Below, one piece after another: positions 1 to 13,790 of a DNA stretch of 64,000 nt. The DNA is taken from the NCBI GenBank assembly GCA_013265495.1, contig MU058153.1:248001-312000 (forward strand). The letters run 5' to 3'. Each line of letters starts with the position of its first letter. The first letter of the stretch is position 1. The position numbers were made by a program, and so were the translations under genes. The notes under the pieces were generated by a model. That model worked only from the letters and a program-made list of their open reading frames with translations. It was not told the origin of the DNA and did no database searches. Source of the stretch: Vicugna vicugna (lineage: Eukaryota).

Positions 1-238
1 ACCAACCAGTTGGAAGAATGTCCACAAGTTGATCACACACCCCACAACCTCTGTCCCACACTCTGCCTTTAAAAATCTTTCCCTGAAAAACTTTGGGGAG
101 TTTGAGCTTTTAAGCATTAGCTACTGGACTTGCTTGGTGCCCTGCAATAAAGGCTACACTTTTCTTCACCATAACCTTGTGTCAATAGGTTGAGTTTACT
201 GGGCGCGGACAAGTGGACCCACATTTGGTTCAGTAACA
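1..238 (+). mobile_element. 3' part of an ERV1-type LTR, truncated by the window start
   Basis: TATA-like CTTTAAAA, AATAAA at about 147, and a U5-like end ...TTTGGTTCAGTAACA with terminal CA at 238; resembles recalled ERV1 LTR architecture. Confidence 0.7.
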
Positions 239-629
239 CAAGTTCTATTCATGATAACAGCAATGGCCCTAGATACCAAAAAGGGAACAGGAGCATGTGA
301 GGGAGAGTGATTTACCTGATCTTTTGATTAGCACAGACCACCTGTGCTCAGCCATAAACTTTCATTTCACAGCCCTTAATACATTATTTCTAACAGATCA
401 TAAATGTGGCAATGTTTTCTCAGCAATATTAAGACAAATAAGAGCATATTCATTTTATTGATATCTCATGGGATTCAGAGTCACCATGGCTCTGTATACA
501 AAAATTTCCTGAAGCCCTGACTCCACCATCACCACTTTGTTGCAAGGATTGGCTTGAGAATTTCTGAACTGTCTCACATTGCTTAGGATATCAGTTTTAG
601 GGTCTGGTCTTTTTTTGGTGACCCTCTCT

Positions 630-1290
630 ATTTTATTTTATTATTTTATTTTATTTTATTTTTATTGAGATATAATTGACATGTAACCTTATATTAGTTT
701 CAGGTATACAACATAGTCATTTGATACCTGTATATATGATAAAAGGATCACTACAGTAAGACCAGTCAATAATCTGTCACCACACACAGTTACAACTTTT
801 CTTCCCTGTGATGAGAACTTTTAAGACCTACTCTCTTAGCAACTTTCAAATATACAACACAGTATTAACCACAGTCACCAAACCTTGCTTCTCCAGGACT
901 TACTTATTTTATAACTGGAAGTTTATACCTTTTGACCATGTTGTTCATCCCCTACTCACAGCCTCTGGCAACCACCAATTCTCTGTGTTTGTGAGTCTGC
1001 CTGTTTGTTCACTTGTTTTTCTTTAATGATTCCACTTATAAGTGAGATCACAGAGATTTGGCTTTCTCTGTTTGACTCATTTCACTTAGCATAACGTTCT
1101 CAGGGTCCATCCATGTTGTCACATGTGACAAAATTTCCTTCTTTTCAATGGCTGAATAATATCCCATTATATAGCTCACATTCTCTCAGCCATTCATCCA
1201 TTGATGGACACCAAAGTGGCTTCCATGTCTTGGCTATTGTAAATAATGCTGCAATGGTCATGGAGAGGCGTATATCGTTTTAAACTGGTG
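630..1290 (-). mobile_element. LINE-1 3' end (L1MA9-related, laurasiatherian type), 5'-truncated
   Basis: (TTTTA)n tail at 630-667, then antisense L1 3'UTR/ORF2-end motifs (TTCACTTAGCATAA, CATCCATGTTGTC, TTGATGGACA, TTGGCTATTGTAAATAATGCTGCAAT). Confidence 0.9.
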
Positions 1291-2044
1291 TTCCTCATAT
1301 TTCAAAAGGATAAAGACCTTTTGCTAAGTGTTTATGAAAAATTTCAGGGTGTATACATATATATATATATAATACGTACATAATTTTACAAATATGTATA
1401 GAATCTATCTTGGTGTTGCCTAATATATACTGTAGATGCCACTCAAATATGATTTTTCACGCTTGTCTAAATGTTGAAAATTGAGGTTTTAAGAATCCAA
1501 AGGCATAACGATTATAACTAGATCACAAGAACATTTAGAATATTTGTTTCTCTCTTTAGTATCACATAGCCTCTCTCAGTTTAGTCTAATGTCATACTGG
1601 CTGCCACACACTCAAAGCTTGGCACTTACCCTCTCTACCTGAGACTAGTTTATAATATTATTGCATTGCTGGGGCACAGGACAGCAACATGATGCCATAA
1701 ATTCACAGTGGAATCATTCGGAGGAGCTAGTACTTTCCACAGACTCTCTAAGGCAGGGAAGAAAGACATAGTATTACTCTGTTCCATGGCTTTGACGCTA
1801 TATTACCCGAAATAAGAGGCAGTCACCCTGCAGCTACTCATGGTTACATCCCTAAAAAAGTAGATTAATCATTGGCAGCTGAAACTCAGAAGGCTTCTGA
1901 GAATCGCTAGGTGTGTTCCCTTTTCTGTGAGAAAAGACATTGCATCTCTCACTTGTATGATACTGGATTCATTTGCCCATTAAAAACCATCAGGATTTTA
2001 GGGGTTGATGGATCGGATTCTCATTTCTCTGATGACATACATTA

Positions 2045-2520
2045 TTGTTGAGGTCTCTCTATGGTTTTAAGAAACAGAAAACCCCAATCCAGACTAGCAG
2101 CAGCAAGGGGGATTTATTGGCTCACAAAACCGAAACAGTTTAGAGATAGGGCTGGTTCCTACTGAGGCTTGTAGCTGCCACTCAATGACATCCTCTTGTC
2201 AGGATCTGTTTCACTTTCAGGCTCCAGAATGTTTCCCACATCCGCCCATATAGCTCTAAGGAAGGAGACAAGAGAGCCCAGCAGGCTGGTGCTCAAATGT
2301 TCAGATTCAGTCTCTTTCATTGGCCCAAACTGGAGCCTGCATCCATTCCTGAGCCAATGACTGTAGCTGGAGGGGAGGGAGCATGAGGATTAGCTTACAC
2401 CAATCAGAGCTCACCCCTGAAGCTAGAAATGGGATTGGTCCCACCGGATGTAAGGCTGTAACACAATGGTAGAGAAGTAATTTACCAAAAAGAAATTCAA
2501 CTGCTGCTAGCAGGAAAAAG
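2045..2520 (-). mobile_element. Old MaLR LTR remnant (MLT1J/K/L-like)
   Basis: Degenerate motifs AGAAAACCCCAATCCAGACTAG, GGATTTATTGGCTCA, TCATTGGCCCAAACTGG, CCTGAGCCAATGACTGTAGC. Confidence 0.55.
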
Positions 2521-3039
2521 AGGGAAATGGAAGTTAAGGAGGCAGCCCAAATGCAATCCCAGACTTCCTGCAAGAAGCTGAAGTGTTCACCCAGCAATGG
2601 AACATGGACAGCATCCCCTTGGAGCAATCACTCTGAAAACCTTGAGACTGCAGACTGGGCACCAGAATGCCAAAAAATTCAAGATCCAGATCAGCGGAGG
2701 AGAAAGAGTGTCGATATTTTCTGCCCAGTAGAACCCTTAGCCCTATCAAAGGGCTTTGAAGATGGGAATTGTTGTGTTATTTTTATCATGAACCCACGAT
2801 GGATTTCTGCTTTTCCCAAAAGGGTTCTTTTGAGCAGAGAAGGTCAGTGAAGCTCCAATTATTGCACTTGTGTCATCTTCTGACCCCCCATTTTGGCTTT
2901 CCTCAGAGTCAGAGAACTGCAGGGAAACCAAGGCAATGGAAAGGTCTTCTTCTCATTATTCTAAATATAGAACAACCCTAGATTCTGAATATAGTGACTA
3001 TGCTGGGGGCAAACTGAACATCAGAGCAAATATTAAGAC

Positions 3040-3270
3040 AATGGGGCAGTGTTGTAAAATTGAAAGACCAGGCTTCGAGGTTAGACAGATTTGAATTCTA
3101 ATGTTAGTTCCATCCGTAATTAAGGCATGGCTTTCTTCAGGCTCAATTTCCTCATCTATAAATGGGAATCATATTACATGCATCGTGGAGGTGGAGGATT
3201 AAATGTGATACAGATCAATTGATCGATCAATTGGTCGATAGAGGCAATATCCGTTATATATGAGCACTGC
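3040..3270 (+). mobile_element. MIR SINE
   Basis: Core CTCAATTTCCTCATCTATAAATGGG followed by GAGGATTAAATGTGATA. Confidence 0.75.
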
Positions 3271-3394
3271 TCATTTCTTAATCTTCCTTTGTTCTTTCTT
3301 TGTTGGTTCCTAGAAAATGTTTTGAGACTATCCTCATGGGCCACCTCTGACTTAACTACTAACAATAAAAATAATGCCTAATATGTAATTAAAC

Positions 3395-3545
3395 ACAGTC
3401 AGTACAATGGTTAAGAAAACAGACTTTGAAGCCAGATGCCTGGGTTTGAATGCAAACTCTGTGGACTCACTGGTGACACTGAGCAAATTACTTGACTTCC
3501 CTGTGCTTCATTCAGTTTTCTCATCTATAAAATGGTGATAGAAAA
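3395..3545 (+). mobile_element. MIR SINE
   Basis: ATGGTTAAGA...GAAGCCAGATGCCTGGGTTTGAAT...CAGTTTTCTCATCTATAAAATGG. Confidence 0.85.
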
Positions 3546-3589
3546 AAATCTGGCATTTATAGAAATGTGAGGCATTTTTCTAAACCTGG

Positions 3590-3780
3590 TTACATATGAA
3601 CTCAGTTATCTTCACAGTAACCCTAGGTAGCAGTTATGACTACTAATAATAGTGGGACAGTTACTATGCTATCTTACAGATGAGGAATTTGAAGCACAAA
3701 AAGGTTAAGAAACAGACCCAAGTGATGACACTGAGCTAAGAATCCAGACAGTGAGACTCTGAAGTCAGTTTGTGAATCAC
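3590..3780 (-). mobile_element. MIR SINE
   Basis: Antisense core TTACAGATGAGGAA...GAAGCACAAAAAGGTTAAG...AATCCAGACAGTGAGACTCTGAAG. Confidence 0.75.
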
Positions 3781-6700
3781 TTACTCGATCATTATATATC
3801 TTCTCCTCAAAAACCCTTCTCGTGTAATCATCTCATTAATTCACTCAAAACTGAGACCACTTATGACATTGCTTCTATATTTCTCAGTTTCAGAGAAAGA
3901 CCAAGAAACGATGGGCTGAAATAAACAGCTCAGGTTCACAAAGCTGGTATGTGTTACTGCCTGGGTTTCAAAATCTATCTTAAAATCTAAACCACATAGC
4001 CTCCATTTTAACCTGGAGACTGAGAATTTTGCCCAAATACACACAGTCCCCTGGTCTAATTGCAGCATTTGGAGCTCAGCAGAATTCTTTTGTCTCCCAC
4101 ACAACTCCCATGACACTCTGTTAGCTAGTATGTATTTGGGCTTTTGTGACTGGATTCTCCCTTCACACCTCCGCATCTTCTCTGTCGCTGGACCTCATGT
4201 CCGAAGGGCTTTTTGTGTAGCCTGACTGGAGTGATTGGCAAAGGGTAGGTTGTCACTGATAACTTCCAAAGTTTTTCCGTGCCAAGACTTGCCTGGCAGC
4301 AAAGAGTTTTAAGGGGTTGCAAGAGGAAAATGATATATAGCTTTTTTTTTCCTTTTTATCTTATATCTGAACTATACCTTTTGCAGTCACCCATTCACTT
4401 TTTTATAACACTTTTTTTCATTGCCTTTAAAATTGATACACATCCATCATGGAAGGTTGGAATACCCAGAAAATTACATGGAAGATATTAAATAGTACTT
4501 AGGGATCTTATCACCTACAGATAGCTGTGACTAACATTCAGTATTGGTTATAGTTTGTCTAACCTCTTTGATGTTTGCATTCACGCATGAGGTATATAAA
4601 ATGATGTATCCTGTGGTCTGAATCAGTTCAGAAACAAACATGAATTGCTGGATTTTTATTGAGTGTTTGAGTGTTTATCTCAATTTCATTTTTTCAATTC
4701 TTTTTTTTTTTTTTTTTGGTCCCTAGGAGATAGTACACCCCTTAATAGCACCTTGGGCAATATTCAAATTTGAAATATCTAACAAAAAGTCTATTTAGTT
4801 TAAAAATTCTAATCTCACATTCAAAGGCTTTCCTCTTCCTCATGGAGGCCAGGAAGGAAAGAACCAGGAGAGGGGAAAAGATAAAATCTCTGAATCACAC
4901 GGTATCGTATTTCTCCCAACATCAACTGCTGACAGCTTTTTGTTTATGAAGGATTTTAATCACTTGCTAAGTAAAATACACATACCTTTTTCCATTTTTC
5001 ATTTGCCTTTTAAAGTTGGTATCACTATTTTGTAACATTTGAAGTACTTTTAAAATGTTACATGGAACCAACTCTAGCAAAAATTTCCCATGAATTTTTC
5101 CTTCCCCATCCTAAAATGAGAAAACATGGCTCTGAAGTCACATCCTTAGCCACTAACTCCAGCATTATGTGTCTGGACTTCTAAGTCCTTTCCATATATC
5201 ATCTCATTTAATTCACTCAAATTAAAACAATGCCCTAAAGTCTATTCATATAGTTTGGAATTAAAGCCCCAGATGATGCAGTTTTGTTTTGTTTTGGTCT
5301 GGTTTGGTTTCCTTTGGCATGTTTTCTTGCTAAAGATTTTTGGATTCTGTATGTGTCTGAAAGTTATATGTTTATCTGGCATAGCAGTCACCACTGGTGC
5401 CCCACCACCGAACTCACAAGTTCTTGTTTCATCTTCTCTGATGGTCTCAAGTAGCTCTTTGAATCAGTGTTTCCAGAAATGCCTATGAGCAGTACTTTTC
5501 TAAGCTCTTGTACAGCCAAGAACATCTTTATAAATGAACTTCCCCCCGATGTAGAATCTGTTTTGAACTCCATGTCTCTTGAAACCATGTGCACATGCCC
5601 CACTCCCTTTGTGCACTGAAATTGACTGTTGTTCTGTTCAAGAGAAATATGTGACCAGCCTGGTTTGGCTCTTTTGTTAATAAAACTGTCTCTCTTCTTT
5701 AATGTTTTATTCAACCATAGGGCTGGATTATTGGCTCTCTGACAGGAGACTACTTACTGGGTAGGCTGATCCAATTCACTAAGGTGAGCATAAGATGCTT
5801 TTGATAGACTCAAAACTCGTTAATTCATATCACTTACTTAGGAAATTTTACTAAATCTTACCATAAAGCAAATTGTAAAGAAGTATGTTAGAAAATCCAA
5901 TGTCAGGGTAAGAAAGCCAAGGAAAGTAATAAAAACTCAGGCACTCACTTCCAGCAAACAGCCCTAGACAAATAGAATAAAATAAAGATAAAAAGAGACA
6001 AAATTTAAAAAGCAGGTTCAACTCTTTGGAAGTCAAGTGGGTGAACTTCCTGAAAGCGCAAAGTAATAGAAGAAGAAAGTGGAAGGCTAGAGGCACTTGC
6101 CACTGCTTATGAAAGAGACGTAGCAAAAGCACATGCTGCTCAGTGTCTGCAGCATTCAAGAGTTGAGGAATGACAGTGTCAGAGGAGCATAAGTAGACAC
6201 ACTGATGCTCAGGATGGCTTTAGTTTCTCACGCATCACTAGCAGCTGGGGAATTCCCTAGGAAACATCACTTAGACTTTAGCAGTTATAGCAAGAGGCAC
6301 AAACTGCTGGCACAGGTATAAAATGCCCACTCACTAGAGAATCTGTAGATGGTTTTACCAGGTAGGGTTTCCCGCAGTTCACTGTGAAGGTGCCAGAGAT
6401 ATGGGGACCAAAGAAAAAATGAAAACCAAGAGATTTTTAATACTCTGGGTGAAAATAGGTGATCGCTCTATACGTGGCTGCCCCTTTTGCAAATTTTAAG
6501 GTTTAACAAAGTACAATTATTTTGAAGGTCACTTTGCTTGAAGAGATACTAAACATAGCTGTAATTTTCCTGCAGACAAATAGTAAAACAAATGGAAAAT
6601 AACCCACTGATGGAAGATTTCTCCCAGTTAATGGTAATCTCAGAGGTGGTGGTCTCCAGGGAGACCTAAGTTTAGTGGCATTCTGGAAAAGCTAATACAA

Positions 6701-6954
6701 GGAAGGGTTTCTCTGTGTGTCACCTCTCAGACATCATTGATTCCTTGCAATAGACCTTGGTGACATCAGATGCTTAATTTCAGGAATAGAGATTCCTGGA
6801 TAAACTATTGTAGGTGCTGAGGATTGACTTTTTTAAAAATTTTCTGGGTCTTGGAACAGTGCTTTAATGATCTTGTTTTTCCTAGAATCACTCTGGACCC
6901 TTGAGAGAACTGGCATGGAATTAATTACACTTCTGAGATGCTGAAAGATCACAT

Positions 6955-7346
6955 TGTTGTGGGCTGCATTGTGTTCCCTCAAAATTGACGTGTTCGAGTC
7001 CTAACCCCCAGTACTGCCAAGTGTATGTGTTTGGAAATGAGGTCTGAAAGAGATGATTAAGTTAAATTAAGGTCTTTTAAATTGGGATGGGACCTAATCC
7101 AAAATGACTGGTGTCCTTATAAGAAGAGGAAATTTGGACACATAGAGTGACACCCAGCACGTGCACAGACAAAGGAGCAATGACGTGAGAACACAACGGG
7201 AAGGAAACTGGCCTCAGAAGAAACTAAAACTGCCAACACCCTAATCTTGAATTTCCAGCCTCTAGAATTGTGAGAAAATAAATTTCTGTGGTTTAAACCA
7301 TCCGGTTTGTGTTATTTTATTATGACAGCCCTGGCAAACTAATACA
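6955..7346 (+). mobile_element. MaLR solo LTR (MLT1A/B-like)
   Basis: Starts TGTTGTGGGCTG and ends GCAAACTAATACA; internal GACTGGTGTCCTTATAAGAAGAGG and CAGCCTCTAGAATTGTGAGAAAATAAATTTCTG. Confidence 0.92.
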
Positions 7347-7776
7347 TATACCTATTCCAGTGGAAGACACTGAAAAGAGCAATGATGGCCAAACTTCAGC
7401 GCCACCCGGGCATGAGGAAGCCAACTAGCTAAGAGAAAGCAAGTGGGAGAGGGGAAGGCAAGGGTTTTAATTTCTTTGGACAACCTAAGAATGTTGAAAT
7501 TATTTTTGTGCTTTAACATGTAAGAACCAGATAATTTTCTTTGGGCTTGAATTTACAACAGCAAAGGGATTTAATCCTGAGTTTATTTATTCTCAGTAAT
7601 TCGATCTGAGAAACAGATTTAATTTCTACATTGGGGCATTTTATAATGAGTATCTTCCCTTATCAATCTTACTGTAGAACTTCTGAGGGCCTTTAAGATG
7701 AATGTGGCTGGATTTAATTTGAGATAGGAATTAAATAGGGTATAAATTTTTATTTTTGAGTTTAGTGTGGGTTAAA

Positions 7777-7880
7777 TTTATATATATATTTATAATTTAT
7801 ATATAGAAATACATACATATATATGTGTATATATATGTATATATATATATATATATAAATACATTTTTATATATATATAA
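7777..7880. repeat. (TA)n-rich microsatellite
   Basis: Interrupted TA runs visible directly. Confidence 0.9.
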
Positions 7881-8939
7881 AAAATGTTCCATTCAGTTCT
7901 GGAGGCAAAATGTACTATGCACACCAGAGGAATACCCAAAGGGACAGTGGTCAAATACACACACACACACAGACATAAATACTAGGAATATAACCATATG
8001 GACCTCTCAAATGGTTGAAAGTACTATGGAAGTACTGTTTTGGTAAGTTACTTTTTTGGGAGGAGTGTTGGTGACTCCCTGAGTTGTACACTGAGAGTAA
8101 AGACTGTTAACTTTTCCTCTGAGGAGACTACATGTCGTTAGCTATAGGATTTTTGATTGGGTGATGAGTTTGCAGCTTTGGAATCTGGGCTGAATCTCTC
8201 AATATCCTAAAAGAGAGCCTGAAAGCTGTAAGTACTGATCCTCTTTTTCCACCGTCTGCCTTGATTCTACACAGCTTTTATCTTTTCCTCCAAATAAGTG
8301 TTAAATATATTAATGGAATAGAAGTTGAAAGGGATACTAGCCTGCATGCGGTATCCATACGAACTGGGTCTTCCCTGACTCTCAGGCTGCTTCAGATGGA
8401 GACCCCTGGGGTTGGTCTTTAGATATTAAAGGACAGTTCTTCTTTAAACATGTAATAGCATGAAGCCTAAACATGAGTTATCCAGACTATATAATTTGAC
8501 AAAGTAGGGACGGGAGTAGGAGGCTATTATTTGTTGAGTTTGAATCCTGAGTGCAAGAATTTTTCTTTTTTAATAATTTCCAAGCAAGGAATCAAATATA
8601 ACACAGTCTAGGGCTCTAAGGGAGGATATATGGAGATGGGAGAATGGGGCACGTAGTTTAAAATCAAGAAACCCAGACCGTCTCTGACAGTGTAGAAAAC
8701 CTAATAGTGCTAATGTTTGATTGGTGACCTCCGGTCTTATCAAAGAGAGAAGCCCTGGACTACATGGAGGCAGACCTTCGAGCAGAAAACCCCATCTCAC
8801 TCACCTGGGATTTATGATGTCTGGCTCCCCGTAGGTCATATCTGAATATCTCCATTCAGGATTCAAATCTGCAGTGTAAGTCAGGCTGAACTAGATGGCC
8901 AAGTTAGGGTTTAAATAACTGCTATGTTGAAACCCTGCT

Positions 8940-9120
8940 TTGTTGGTCATTGTATCAACACTGTGAGATGAGCTAATTTAGCATCCCTTATTATAGATGA
9001 GAAACTTGTGCCTAAGGAAGTTGACAACATATCTAAATTCATACAAGTGATAAGGAACTTAGCTTGCAACCGACACTTGTCTCATCCTAAAGTGTGTCAC
9101 TTACCAAGACACTACTGAGC
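8940..9120 (-). mobile_element. MIR SINE (degenerate)
   Basis: TTATAGATGAGAAACTTG antisense core. Confidence 0.6.
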
Positions 9121-10304
9121 CTTCCAATAAAAGAATTTAGAAAAAGCATGTTTGCATTGAATATTAGCTGATCTGAAAGGCTAGATTACAAATGTCAAAA
9201 AAAATTAATGAATCAGAAATTTAATATTCTCTAAGAAAGAAGACCCAGAGAGGTAAAGGAAATATAATGCTCAGGTACAAATACAGTCTTATACTCCACT
9301 TGGGAATGAACCGCATTGATTCAGGATTGATCTTGAGAAAGTCTTATTCAGTTAGAGTTTGAGGGCACAACCTCTAGCCGCTCACTGCAGCAGTATTTAT
9401 TTAGCATATCCATCGAGTTTCTCTCTTGCTTTTCCTGTGAAAACCTCAAGGTGCAGTTAAAAGATCACTTTTCTTTTTCTTAAACAGAAACTACACCTCA
9501 AACATTATAATGAAGAGGAAAAGCCAGGAGAACAGCAAACTAAGGAATATAGGAAGGTGGCCAAGGGGGTTAGAAGAGGCCATTTTGATTGAGAAGGCTA
9601 CACTCCAGTGAGATGATAAATACTGCAATTTATGCCTTTACATGCAATCTGACGTCAAGACCACACATTAATTGGGGATTTTAGTTTCAGGTTGTGCTGT
9701 ATTCTATACTATTTTAAATCATCCCTCCGACTTCTTTTTCCTTTTCCCTTGCCTTCTCTTTTTCTTCCTTATTTCTCTCTTCCCAGGGCCAACCAATGTT
9801 ACCTGTCAGAAGGGTGTGAGATTGCCTCCCAGACATACTTGATTTTTACACCTCCAAGGTAACCTCTTCACTTGATACCTGGACCTGCATACTGAGAGCT
9901 ACACCTTTAAAGCCTATAATCCCTTTTCTAGCACTTTAAATGTTCTTCAGTAATTTATTACAGTATGAATTAATCTCAGATCCTTCTGTAAGAGCAAGTT
10001 TTAGCAAAGAATGACCAGTCAAATGCTGGCATCATCTCAAGTTCTTAGACCACGCTTCACTCTGGGACAGAAGCAGCAAGTTATGAATAAAAATGCTGGT
10101 CATTACCAAAATCAGGATGAGTTTTTTTTTTTTTTCCCCTTGAAAGACTGGCTTTGATACGTCTAGAATGCGCTAATTCAACTTGGCATCTCTGGGGATC
10201 TTGCTGTTAATAGGTGATAAAATATAACTGCATCTCACAAACATATATAATACTCAGCTCCTGTATCAAGTACAGAATGAAAAAAATGAGAGCTTAAAAT
10301 CTTC

Positions 10305-10478
10305 TACTATGAGAGGGAATAAAAGGAGAGTGAGGGTGAGAGCAAGAACAAAAGAGTGAGAGAGGAGGGAAAGACTAATGAAAGGGAGGAAGAAAAAAGG
10401 GGGAGAATGAGAGAGAGAGTGACAGAGACATAGAGACAAAAAGCAGAGACAGAGAAAGAGACAGATGGGGGGTGGGGC
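10305..10478. repeat. Purine-rich (GA/AGAC) low-complexity tract
   Basis: About 170 bp almost entirely A/G on the + strand. Confidence 0.85.
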
Positions 10479-13414
10479 ACTGGCGCAGTGATGGTTTACA
10501 TTAGCAGAGCAGTGAATGGGTGAGCCTAATGCTCTGGTTTTCTTTTTTTCCAAAAGGCTTTTGAATGTATGCCCTAAAATCTGTGGTCCGAGCTTTGTAA
10601 AATACTCTGTAATACTCATTCTGCTTATATTTCATTAATAACACTGAATGATCATACAGGCTGATCTCAGTTGTATAATATTCCTTAGAAATTTCTTTTA
10701 TGTTCTATTTCTTGTCTATTTTTCTGCCTTAAAGGAAGAGTGGAGGGGAAAAAAAAACCTCAGAGCACTTCTCCCTGCTTTTCCCTTCTGCATCTTATAG
10801 GGCAAGTTACATTACTGGCATAATAATAGGTTGCAAACTATTAAAGTTTGAAAATGTCAAAATGCAATCTTAAGTAATAGCTGTAAATGATAGAAAATCT
10901 CTTTCTTTAACATTGTTACCACCTCAGATGACACAAAATGGGATATTTTGCATTTACATATTTTGTTTTCCTGGTGCCATTTTTGTACTATGTTCTACTC
11001 AAATGTATTTATGGAGCAAGATGCAAAATATCAAGGACAGGAAGGGAGATGTATAAGGTAGAGAAGGAAGAGAGGAAGAGAGAGAGATAGATGGAAAAAG
11101 CAGAAAAAGCAAGAACTCAATTTTTATCATTATTGGTTTTATCTGTTTAGAATCAAGCACATCTGTTTTTAGCAAGACTAAAGTCTGTAAATAATTTTCC
11201 TGGCCTCAACTGTCTCATTTAAAAGATAAAGGGTCAGAATTGATGATCTCAAGCCCAGAAATCTCATTCAAATGAGCTTTATGTCTGGATGTCAGGTTTC
11301 TGCCGTAATGGATTTTGTGTAGCAGCTATCCTTACAGACAGAGTATTGTTAGTACATCAAATGACATGGTTGAACCTGACCACAAGATCAATTAGGCTCC
11401 TGGTTTCATGTTCCTATAGCTGTTTTGATGTTTTTGGTAGGTGTTAGATGTTCTGAAAGACTCTAATGAGTCTAGTTTAAATAAGTAAGTTGCTTTTGTA
11501 ATGTCAACAGGCTAAAAGGTGTAGAGTTACTATTTGTTCATTATTTAGATTTCACTGTGTCATTTCTATATAAATTTTATTTTAGAAAAATAAACGCAAT
11601 GCTTTTCCTTATGCTTCTGTCAATATTATCACTAAATTGATAAGAGATCTCTACATATGACAATCAGTAAGTCTTCTAGAACAATAGCCATGAAGTATCA
11701 TTGATGCTCTTGTCATGTGTAAGTCACCTTGCAGGTGTTCAGTGGGCTTCACCATCAGTATTTAATGAGAGCTTAGAATTATATGTCATTTTCCCCTTGA
11801 GAAATGGGAATCTAGTAGGAAATATGTCCCATAACCCAGGAAGGCACTCATGTATGTTGAGCTACAGTTCTTTGTGGTCCACATATGGATAATGATGGTG
11901 GAGCCTAGCACAGTGTCTGGTACATAATAGACAATTTGTCTATTATGAATGATATTTGTTGTAAGGGTTTATAAATGTTTGTTGACAAACAAATGCATGA
12001 CCTTTCCACATCCTCTCTGAATTTTCTTGGAGTGCACATATACTTAAAAAAAAAAGCAACAATACTCATGCAATCCCTATTCTAAAGACTAAAATCCGCA
12101 ATCATGAACTTAACTCAGATCAGTTCAATCAGTAATTGGTCTTGGGCTCTTTTTGATATTACATTGTTCCATCTGGAAGTCACTGCTGGAGGAAACAGAT
12201 ATCTTACTGTACTATTGGGTAAAATCTTACTTTTCCAAAAGAAACTGCAGATTCATGAGAAAAGTCGAGCACTTTGAGGGGTTTTCTCCAGTGATGCCAT
12301 CCATCACTGAGGCTGCAACAGAAAACTGCTTTGCCAGAGCACATCATTAGCAGCCTCGTCCAGCTCTCCGTATCTTACGCTTCCACGGCGCTCAGCTGTT
12401 GTTCCCACCTGGCACCAGAAATGCAACTCAAGGAAAGAAACTGCAGAAGAGAAATAAAACATGAAGAAGAAGCTGGGATTGAAGCCTGATGAAGTGAAAC
12501 GAGCATAGGGTCTGGGAGAAATAGAATCTAAATTCTGATTTACTCATTGCCACCACCCCTCTCTGAGAGTACTGGTCCCATCTCTTCCATCATTCTCCTG
12601 CCTCTAGAAAGCTTTCTAGGATGGAGAAAAATAGAGAAAAGGAGAGATGATGTGAGTGCTACAGAAATATCAATTAGGCCCAATGCTGAATTAAAAGGAA
12701 ACCCAATCAACATCAGGAAGAGATTTTGAAGAGGTGAAAAAGCATCCTACCCTGCAATAGACCTCAACAGCAGCCCTGCCCATTCCCCTCTTGCTGAGTG
12801 AGGGAGTCTGATTGGGAGATAGAACTGCAGAGTTTAAAGAGGATGAAGAAATTCAGGAGCTTTCTGATCTCAAGCCTCGTTTCAAAGCTTTAGGTGTCCG
12901 AGATCATCTAAGGTTTCTGTGACTCTGGAACTTACACATTTAATTATTTAGAGCTAGATAGACTAGCCTGAGCCAAGAAAAGCAGAAGGGAAAGCCAGTT
13001 AGCATAAGATTTGCTCCTGATGTGTAAGGACAAAGGAGAAAAAGTATCGAGTATCACTGAGATACACCAGTGTAGGTCAAAAAAGAGCGAAAGAGGTGAG
13101 GACTTAGGGCAGACTCATGATGTGACTACCATGGCATATTAGAAATGATCATTATCCATATTTGTGATGATAGTTTTATAGGAATCTATTTATCTACATG
13201 GCTAATAATATTTTCTCTATTATAATACATAGAAAATATATATTCAACAAAGCTGTATATATACTATATACACATATAGACTACATATACTATATATATT
13301 CAAAACTTAAAAATTGTACACTTTAATGTAAGTGCATATTATTAATACAATTCATATACATAGCAAAATAAAGGAAAAAACATAACTGTACACAGGAATG
13401 AAACATTTAGAAAC

Positions 13415-13790
13415 TGTTTTTAATCAACTTTATCTAGATATAATCTACATACAATAAAATTCACACAACTTAAATATATAGGTCAATGACTTTTGAAAAT
13501 ACGAAATACCTGCATAACCAGCACTCTAATCAAGATATAAAGCACCTTCATCTTCTGGAAAGCTGTCCTTCACCCCTTTCCAGTCAGTCTTTGTTATGTT
13601 ACTTCCTGACCCAGAGAGTTTTGATCATTATAAATTTTTTTCCTGGTTTCTTGTCACCAGCTTCTTTATATCTGCAAAATATCTGATATTCATCTATGTT
13701 GTTTTGTTTATAGTACTTTATTCATTTTTATTTCTGCATAATTTTTCATTGTATGGATATATCGCAATTTGCTTGATGGACATTTAAAGA
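13415..13790 (-). mobile_element. Old LINE-1 3' end fragment (L1ME/L1MC-like)
   Basis: AACTTTAT..AGATATAAT.TACATACAATAAAATTCAC..., TCATTGTATGGATATA..CAATTTG...TTGATGGACATTT. Confidence 0.75.

Noticed and set aside
2527..2850. 107-aa ORF containing CSPSNGTWT (sushi-like)
   Set aside because: No other domain residues or convincing splice context; consistent with chance
3395..3780. Adjacent inverted MIR pair as a dsRNA or editing substrate
   Set aside because: Copies are too diverged for extended pairing, by eye
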